In this document: piece by piece, positions 57,616-64,000 of the stretch
Numbering within the stretch: position 1 is the stretch's first letter
Layout: every line of letters begins with the position of its first letter
Assembly: GCA_963813535.1 (NCBI GenBank)
Contig: CAWEZH010000002.1
Coordinates: 1,632,001-1,696,000 of the forward strand
DNA length: 64,000 bases
DNA from: an uncultured Chloroflexia bacterium
Lineage (GTDB): Bacteria; Chloroflexota; Limnocylindria; Limnocylindrales; CSP1-4
Direction of reading: 5' to 3'
Translations under genes and position numbers: made by a program
Notes under the pieces: generated by a model
Databases searched by the model: none
Told to the model about the DNA's origin: nothing
The model's input: the letters and a program-made list of their open reading frames with translations, nothing else

Positions 57616-59385
57616 ATGCCCGACGCCGTCACCGCCGCTCCATCACACCCCTACGACCGTGTCACCGATCCGGCCAAGCGGCACTCGTCCGCACTGACGG
57701 ACGGCCCCGACCGCGCCGGTGCGCGCGCGATGCTCAAGGCCATCGGCTTCACGGACGACGACCTGGCCAAGCCGCTGGTCGGCGTCGCGACGACGTGGAT
57801 CGAGACGATGCCCTGCAACTACAACCAGCGCCGGCTGGCCGAGTTCGTCAAGGAGGGCATCCGGGCCGCGGGCGGCACGCCGATGGAGTTCAACACGGTC
57901 TCCGTCAGCGACGGTGTGTCGATGGGCACCGAGGGCATGAAGGCCTCGCTCATCAGTCGCGAGGTCATCGCCGACTCGATCGAGCTCGTCGTCCGCGGCC
58001 ACCTGCTCGACGGGCTGGTATGCCTGGTCGGCTGCGACAAGACGATCCCCGCCGCGGCGATGGCCCTGGGCAGGCTGGATGTCCCGGGGCTGGTCCTCTA
58101 TAACGGCACGATCTACCCGGGCGTGTACAAGGGCCGTCGGGATGCGACCGTGGTCAAGGTGTTCGAGGCCATCGGCGCCTACCGCGCGGGCCGCATGACG
58201 CTCGATGAGCTGTACGAGATCGAGAACGTGGCGTGCCCGGGGGCGGGCGCCTGCGGAGGCCAGTTCACCGCGAACACCATGGCCACCGTCATGGAGTTCA
58301 TCGGGCTGGCACCGGCCGGTCTGAACGGGATCCCGGCCGAGGACCCGGCCAAGGACGATGCGGCTCGTCAGAGCGGGGAACTGGTCATGGACCTCGTCCG
58401 GCGCGATGTCCGGCCGTCGGCCTTGGTCACCCGTGACGCGCTCGAGAACGGCATCGCGAGCGTCGCGGCGACTGGCGGGTCGACGAACGGCGTCCTCCAT
58501 CTCTTGGCCATCGCCCACGAGTTCGGGCTGCAGCTCGACATCGACGAGTTCGGCGCGGTCGCCGATCGGACGCCGCTCATCGCGGACATGCAGCCCGGCG
58601 GGCAGTACACCGCGACCGACATGTTCGAGGCGGGCGGCGTCGGCCTCGTCATGCGCGAGCTGCTCAAGCGACCCGGGTTGCTGCATGGCGGCGCCCCGAC
58701 CGTCGACGGCCGGACGATCGCCGAGATCGCCGCGGACACCGCCGCCACCGAGGGGCAGCAGGTCGTGGTCCCGCTCGAGACACCGATCAAGCCCACGGGC
58801 GGCCTGACCATCCTGCGCGGCACGCTCGCGCCGGACGGCTGTGTCGTGAAGCTGGCCGGCCACGAGCGGCGCCTCCATCGCGGCCCCGCACGCGTGTTCG
58901 ACTCGGAGGCGGACTGCTTCGAGGCAGTCAAGGAACGGCGCATCGTGGCCGGCGACGTCGTGGTCATCCGCTACGAGGGCCCTGTCGGCGGGCCGGGCAT
59001 GCAGGAGATGCTCAGCGTCACGGCGGCGCTCGTGGGTGAGGGCCTGGGTGATGTCGTCGCGCTCATCACCGACGGCCGGTTCTCGGGTGGCACCCACGGT
59101 CTGATGCTCGGTCACGTCGCCCCGGAGGCGGCGCTCGGCGGACCGATCGCGATCGTCGAGGAAGGTGACGAGATCGTCATCGACGTCGACCGCAAGGCCC
59201 TCGACCTGAACGTGCCCCCGGAGGAGATCGAGCGACGACTCGCGACATGGGCGCCACGACCGGCCAACTACACGACCGGCGTGCTGGCCAAGTACGCGGC
59301 CCTGGTCGGCTCGGCCTCGACCGGCGCCGTCACGACCGGTCCGCGCATGACGGCGAACCTCGCGGGGACGCGCGCCACTCGATGA
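57616..59385 (+). CDS. ilvD: Dihydroxy-acid dehydratase
   Basis: [34 protein letters not shown]. Confidence 0.97.
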   Translation: MPDAVTAAPSHPYDRVTDPAKRHSSALTDGPDRAGARAMLKAIGFTDDDLAKPLVGVATTWIETMPCNYNQRRLAEFVKEGIRAAGGTPMEFNTVSVSDGVSMGTEGMKASLISREVIADSIELVVRGHLLDGLVCLVGCDKTIPAAAMALGRLDVPGLVLYNGTIYPGVYKGRRDATVVKVFEAIGAYRAGRMTLDELYEIENVACPGAGACGGQFTANTMATVMEFIGLAPAGLNGIPAEDPAKDDAARQSGELVMDLVRRDVRPSALVTRDALENGIASVAATGGSTNGVLHLLAIAHEFGLQLDIDEFGAVADRTPLIADMQPGGQYTATDMFEAGGVGLVMRELLKRPGLLHGGAPTVDGRTIAEIAADTAATEGQQVVVPLETPIKPTGGLTILRGTLAPDGCVVKLAGHERRLHRGPARVFDSEADCFEAVKERRIVAGDVVVIRYEGPVGGPGMQEMLSVTAALVGEGLGDVVALITDGRFSGGTHGLMLGHVAPEAALGGPIAIVEEGDEIVIDVDRKALDLNVPPEEIERRLATWAPRPANYTTGVLAKYAALVGSASTGAVTTGPRMTANLAGTRATR

Positions 59386-60287
59386 CCCGCCACATCCCGA
59401 TCGGGATCAAGACATCGCCACAAGCGGTGGACTGGGCGACGCTCGATGCGATGTGGGCGCGTGTGGGCGCCCACGACGTCCTCGAGTCGGTGTGGATGAA
59501 CGACCACCTCACCGACATCGCCCACGACCGCCACGGAGCGAGCCTCGAGGCGCTGACGGCGATGACGTCGCTCCTCCATCGCGTCCCCGGACGGTGGGTC
59601 GGGCATGGCGTCCTCTCCAACACGTTCCGTCATCCGGCGGTACTGGCCAAGGCAGCCACGGTCCTCGATCACGCGACACAGGGCCGCTTCATCGTCGGCC
59701 TCGGTGCCGGGTGGCACGAGGGGGAGCACGTGTCGCTCGGGATCCCGCTCCCGCCGATGCGCGAGCGGTTCGACCGCTTCGAGTCGGCCGTGCACGTCCT
59801 TCGCGCGATGTGGTCGCCGGAAGCGGCGACAGCACCGGGCGTGACTCGGCCCGACCCCTTCTATCCGCTCGTCGAGGCGTCCAACGAACCGCCACCCCTC
59901 ACGCCGGGCGGCCCGAAGCTGTGGCTGGGCGCCGGCAAGCGGCGTGGCATCGCCCTGACCGTGGCTGTCGCAGACGGGTGGATCATGCCGGCGGTGTCGG
60001 TGACATCCGGTCGGTCGACGGATCTCGACGACTTCAGCGCCGGGCGAGACGCGATCCTGCTCGGGCTCGAGGAGATCGGGCGCGAGCCTGCGACGTTCGA
60101 GTTCGGGGCGCAGGTGCCGGCGGGCTCGACGCACGAGGAGCGCGCGACGGCGCTGGAGCAGGCCAAGGACGCCGTCCGACGTGGCGCCACGCATGTCATC
60201 CTCAACCTGCGGCCGCGACTCGGACCCGATGGCGTCGACGCGGTCGCTCGCGAAGTGGCAGAGCCGCTCCGGCAGGCCATCGGTTGA
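59382..60287 (+). CDS. LLM-class flavin/F420-dependent oxidoreductase
   Basis: [33 protein letters not shown]; ATGA overlap with ilvD. Confidence 0.88.
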   Translation: MTRHIPIGIKTSPQAVDWATLDAMWARVGAHDVLESVWMNDHLTDIAHDRHGASLEALTAMTSLLHRVPGRWVGHGVLSNTFRHPAVLAKAATVLDHATQGRFIVGLGAGWHEGEHVSLGIPLPPMRERFDRFESAVHVLRAMWSPEAATAPGVTRPDPFYPLVEASNEPPPLTPGGPKLWLGAGKRRGIALTVAVADGWIMPAVSVTSGRSTDLDDFSAGRDAILLGLEEIGREPATFEFGAQVPAGSTHEERATALEQAKDAVRRGATHVILNLRPRLGPDGVDAVAREVAEPLRQAIG

Positions 60288-60304
60288 GCGCGCATGATGG
60301 GTCG

Positions 60305-60562
60305 GTGACCGCGAACGAGCCTCGCGCCGGCTGGTCGTCGCCGCCCGATCCCGACGCGTATGACTCGCCCCGCGCCGAGCGCGCCCGGGCGAAGGGCCTG
60401 AAGGCGCCGTACATCACCGGTGGGACGGCGCCCGACGCCGCGAAGGCGCGAGCCGAGGAACGCCGTCTCGGGCGCTGGCTGTTGCTGATGGTCGTGACCA
60501 TCGTCGCGGCAGGGTTCGTCGTCGGCGCGATCGTCGCGCTGCTGATGCCGGCCGGGCAGTGA
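60305..60562 (+). CDS. Small hypothetical protein with C-terminal TM helix
   Basis: GTG 6 nt after CATGAT; C-terminal hydrophobic helix; GTGA overlap with the next gene. Confidence 0.7.
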   Translation: MTANEPRAGWSSPPDPDAYDSPRAERARAKGLKAPYITGGTAPDAAKARAEERRLGRWLLLMVVTIVAAGFVVGAIVALLMPAGQ

Positions 60563-62004
60563 CGACCGGCGCTCCCGTGCGCCCCTCGGACGCGGTCGCA
60601 CCAGCCGACTGGGCGGCGGCCCACGATGGCGTGGTCGTGACGTTGCGCGACCTGATCCGCATCCCGACGGTCAACCCGCCGGACCCCGCGTCGCCCGGCG
60701 AGGAGACACGGGCCGCCCGCTACATCGCGTCGCGCCTCACCGACCTCGGCCTCGAACCCGAGGTGATCGAGCCCGTCCCGGGTCGTGGCTCAGTGCATGT
60801 CCGTCTTCGGGGCGACGGCTCGGGCGGCGACCCGTTCCTGCTGCTGTCACACCTCGACGTGGTCCCGGCCCCGGCCGAGCGTTGGTCGCACGATCCGTTC
60901 GCGGCGGATATCGATGCCGGATACGTCTACGGCCGTGGCGCCGTGGACATGAAGGGCATGGTGTCGCTCGAGATGGGCGTGGTCGAGCGCCTGGTGAGCG
61001 AAGCGCGGGCCGCCGGACGGGATCCCGTCAGCGACCCCATCCCCGGCCTTCGCCGGGACGTGCTGTTCACGTGTGCGGCCGACGAGGAGGCCGGCTCCAC
61101 CGACGGAGCGCGCTGGTTCGCCGTCCACAGGCCGGACTGGCTACAGGCGGCGGGGGCGGTCAACGAGTGCGGTGGCGTGTCCGTCACGGTCGCGGGCCGG
61201 CGCCTCTACCCGATCCAGGTCGCCGAGAAGGGCTTCGTCCCATACCGCATCCACGTGCGTGGGAACTGGGGCCACGGGTCCATGCCCCGCGAGGACAACG
61301 CCGCGGTCATCGCCGCGGGCATCATCGAGCGGCTTGCCGTCCCAGGGCCGATCCGGATCACGCCGGTCATGACGCGCTTCCTCGAAGCCGCAGCCGATGC
61401 CCTACCCGCCGCCGTGGGCGGGACGTTGCGTGCCATCGCTGCCGGCGAGCTTGCCCCGGCCGAGATCGACCAGGCGATCGACCGGTTGTGCGACCCGATG
61501 TACGGCCGCGCGCTCCGGGCGCTGATCCGGGACACCTTGAGCCCGGACGTCGTCCACGCGGGGGTCAAGTACAACGTCATCCCCGGCGACGCGACGATCG
61601 AGGTCGACTGCCGGATCCTGCCGGGCACGTCGGAGGCCGACATGTTCGCCGAGCTCGAGGGGCGGATCGGCGAGGACGTCCTGCCCGCCTGCAGCATCGA
61701 GCGGCTCGCGTTCGGCGAACCGGTCGAGGCGCCGGCCGAGGGTCCCTTCTGGGACACGCTGGTCGCCACGCTGCGCGACCACGACCCCGACGGCGTCGCG
61801 CTCCCGGTCATGGCGCCGTTCGCGACCGATGCCAAGGCGACGGCGATGGTCGGCACGCCGACCTACGGCTTCTCGCCGTTCCGCCTCGAGCCCGACGAGC
61901 GTTTCCTCGAGCGCTTCCATGGCGTCGACGAGCGGATCTCGCTCGACTCGCTGCGGTTCGGCCTACCCGTCCTGTACGACGTCGTTCGTCGCTTCTGCGC
62001 CTGA
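60559..62004 (+). CDS. M20/M25/M40 family metallo-hydrolase
   Basis: SHLDVVP, YGRGAVDMKG, ADEEAG, NVIP, FHGVDERI. Confidence 0.92.
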   Translation: MTTGAPVRPSDAVAPADWAAAHDGVVVTLRDLIRIPTVNPPDPASPGEETRAARYIASRLTDLGLEPEVIEPVPGRGSVHVRLRGDGSGGDPFLLLSHLDVVPAPAERWSHDPFAADIDAGYVYGRGAVDMKGMVSLEMGVVERLVSEARAAGRDPVSDPIPGLRRDVLFTCAADEEAGSTDGARWFAVHRPDWLQAAGAVNECGGVSVTVAGRRLYPIQVAEKGFVPYRIHVRGNWGHGSMPREDNAAVIAAGIIERLAVPGPIRITPVMTRFLEAAADALPAAVGGTLRAIAAGELAPAEIDQAIDRLCDPMYGRALRALIRDTLSPDVVHAGVKYNVIPGDATIEVDCRILPGTSEADMFAELEGRIGEDVLPACSIERLAFGEPVEAPAEGPFWDTLVATLRDHDPDGVALPVMAPFATDAKATAMVGTPTYGFSPFRLEPDERFLERFHGVDERISLDSLRFGLPVLYDVVRRFCA

Positions 62005-62026
62005 CGCCCCCGCTACTCCGCCTGGA

Positions 62027-62245
62027 TCAGGCGCCACTCGCTCCTTCGGGCGGTGGGACCGTGACGCGGACTCGCTCCTCGCAGGACGTGCAGACGAAGA
62101 TGTGGCCCTTCTGCCAGTCGCGCTCCGGGTCGCCCGACGCGGGATCGTGCGGGTCGGCTTCCGGTGCCAGCACTCCCCAGCTGCCATCGGAGTGCTGATG
62201 CTCGACGTGGAAGAGCGCGTTTTCGAGCTGTCCGTACTGGAACAT
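62027..62245 (-). CDS. Small hypothetical protein with HxH and CxxC motifs
   Basis: AGGAGG SD before ATG 62245; EHQHSDG and VCTSCEE. Confidence 0.75.
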   Translation of the reverse strand: MFQYGQLENALFHVEHQHSDGSWGVLAPEADPHDPASGDPERDWQKGHIFVCTSCEERVRVTVPPPEGASGA

Positions 62246-62287
62246 GGGTCGACCTCCTGCGCGTAGCGTAGCGACCCGGTCGCGCGC

Positions 62288-62872
62288 CTACGTCCCTGGT
62301 TCGCGGCGGGCGCGGATGAGCCGTCCGCGTCGACTGATAGCGTGGGTCGCGAGGGCCGCAACGCCCATCGCGACGATCGAGCGCTCGGCCGGCGGCAGCG
62401 GTCGAACGGCGGACAGGAACTGCTCGGCCCGCCCGCGGTCGACGACGCGCAGGATCGCGTGGCCGCGCGGCGTGAGGCGGAGCACCTTCTGGCGCCGGTC
62501 CTCCTCCTCGGCCCGCCGCTCGACCAGGCGCCGCTTGACGAGCCCATCGATGAGCCGACTCGTCGCCGATGGGGAGCGATTGATCGACTCGGCGAGCTCG
62601 CCGATGGTCAGCGTGCTCCCGTCGGCCAGGACGTACAGCGCGGCAAGCTGGGTGAAGCCGAGGCGGAGCTCGCCGAGCTGGCTCGCAAAGCCGATCACCA
62701 GCTCCCGCCACAGCGCGCGCCCCATAGCCACCCGCTCGCTGATCTGGCGCACGTTCGGGAGCCGCGTGCCGGCCGCCAGGACCGGTGCAGACAGGTCGGC
62801 TTCGAACCGCTGCGCGATCGCTCGACGGGGTGCTGGTCGGGTGGTCGCGCGCGCCACGCGGATGTCGGTCAT
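62288..62872 (-). CDS. MarR-family transcriptional regulator
   Basis: TIGELAESINRSPSATSRLIDGLVKRRLVER...DRRQKVLRLT winged helix. Confidence 0.88.
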   Translation of the reverse strand: MTDIRVARATTRPAPRRAIAQRFEADLSAPVLAAGTRLPNVRQISERVAMGRALWRELVIGFASQLGELRLGFTQLAALYVLADGSTLTIGELAESINRSPSATSRLIDGLVKRRLVERRAEEEDRRQKVLRLTPRGHAILRVVDRGRAEQFLSAVRPLPPAERSIVAMGVAALATHAISRRGRLIRARREPGT

Positions 62873-62933
62873 ACGTGCAAGCATGCACGCGAATCGGGGT
62901 CGACGGCAACCGGCGCACGTACCCTCGCCAACG

Positions 62934-63896
62934 ATGTCCTCGTTCGCGTTCGTCTTCCCCGGTCAGGGCTCGCAATCGGTGGGCATGGGCCGGGATCTCG
63001 CCACGTCCTCGCCTGCCGCGGCCACCGTCTGGCAGGCAGCGGACGCCGCCCTTGGCTCGCCCATCAGCGATCTCGCCTGGGACGGCCCCGCGGAACAGCT
63101 CGACCTGACCGAGAACGCACAGCCCGCGTTGGTCGCGGCTTCGATCGCCATCCTCGAGGCGCTCAGCGAGGGTTGGTCTGCGGCCGGCCTCGGGGTCCCC
63201 ATGCCTGCCTTCGCCGCCGGTCATTCGATGGGTCAGTACTCCGCGTTGGTGGCGGCAGGAGTCCTGTCGCTGGAGGACGGCGTCCGCCTCGTCCGCCGTC
63301 GGGGCGAGCTGATGCAGGCGTCCGGACAGGGCCGCGACGGTGCCATGGCGGCCCTGATCGGCCTCGACGATGCGCATCTCCCCGCGTTGCTGGCATCGGC
63401 CGCAGCACACGGGACGTTCGTCGTCGCCAACCGGAACTCACCAGGTCAGGTCGTGGTGTCGGGCGACCGCGCGGCGATCGAGGTGGGCGCGGAAGCCGCC
63501 AAGGCGCTCGGTGCGAAGCGGGCCATCGTGCTGCCGGTCAGCGTCGCCGCCCACTCACCGCTCATGGCCGAGGCGGCCGAGGGGATGCGCGAGACACTCG
63601 CCGATGTGGCGTTCAGCGATCCGTCGATGACCCTGCTCGCCAACGCCGACGCACGGTCGATCACGACCGCCGAGGGGGCCCGCGCCGAGCTCGTCGAGCA
63701 CCTGACCGCGGGCGTCGACTGGGTCGCCGCCGTCGAGCGGATGACCGCGGATGGCGTCACCACATTCGTCGAAGTCGGACCCGGCAAGGTGTTGACCGGC
63801 CTCATCAGACGCATCGAGCCGGAAGCAGAGATCCTGCCGGCCGACGATCCCACCACCCACGCCCGCCTGCTCGATCTCGCCGCCGTGACGGCCTGA
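62934..63896 (+). CDS. fabD: Malonyl-CoA:ACP transacylase
   Basis: FVFPGQGSQ, AQPAL, GHSMGQY, VSVAAHS, EVGPGKVL. Confidence 0.96.
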   Translation: MSSFAFVFPGQGSQSVGMGRDLATSSPAAATVWQAADAALGSPISDLAWDGPAEQLDLTENAQPALVAASIAILEALSEGWSAAGLGVPMPAFAAGHSMGQYSALVAAGVLSLEDGVRLVRRRGELMQASGQGRDGAMAALIGLDDAHLPALLASAAAHGTFVVANRNSPGQVVVSGDRAAIEVGAEAAKALGAKRAIVLPVSVAAHSPLMAEAAEGMRETLADVAFSDPSMTLLANADARSITTAEGARAELVEHLTAGVDWVAAVERMTADGVTTFVEVGPGKVLTGLIRRIEPEAEILPADDPTTHARLLDLAAVTA

Positions 63897-63925
63897 TCGC
63901 CGAGTTCCTGGAGGACACAGCCCAT

Positions 63926-64000
63926 ATGCGTCGACCCGACTACGACCGCCGCGTCGTCGTCACCGGTCTCGGGGTCATCAGCCCCGTCGGCAACGACAAG
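63926..64000 (+). CDS. fabF: Beta-ketoacyl-ACP synthase II, N-terminus only (runs off the window)
   Basis: GGAGG SD; RRVVVTGLGVISPVGND directly after fabD. Confidence 0.85.
   Translation, partial: MRRPDYDRRVVVTGLGVISPVGNDK

Overview
High-GC bacterial chromosomal window. The gene content (leaderless promoters, cimA, a MarP-like protease, an LLM enzyme, an RND pump with no outer-membrane factor in view) suggests a monoderm lineage such as Chloroflexota or Actinomycetota; this is inference. It contains (i) a Wzx/Wzy-type exopolysaccharide locus (~135-23602) with a kinase/ATP-grasp/deacetylase tailoring operon, a Wzc with degenerate kinase motifs and three paralogous exported alginate-lyase-like proteins, one directly behind a clear c-di-GMP-I riboswitch; (ii) an acyl-CoA operon, PPK2, an aldehyde dehydrogenase and a NarL-type two-component system divergent from an RND / mini-adaptor lipoprotein / RND operon whose second RND has a frameshift near its 3' end; (iii) a branched-chain amino acid operon (ilvBNC-leuA-leuB-cimA) with an unusually long Leu/Val-rich leader attenuator and a stand-alone LeuA regulatory-domain gene, flanked on both sides by paralogous membrane GGDEF-EAL genes; (iv) leuCD, marP, ilvD, fabD and the start of fabF. 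I recognised no tRNA, rRNA, CRISPR array or transposase. The best candidates for an undescribed system are the riboswitch-controlled lyase trio, the free LeuA regulatory domain next to a GGDEF-EAL gene, the long leader attenuator and the minimal RND adaptor.
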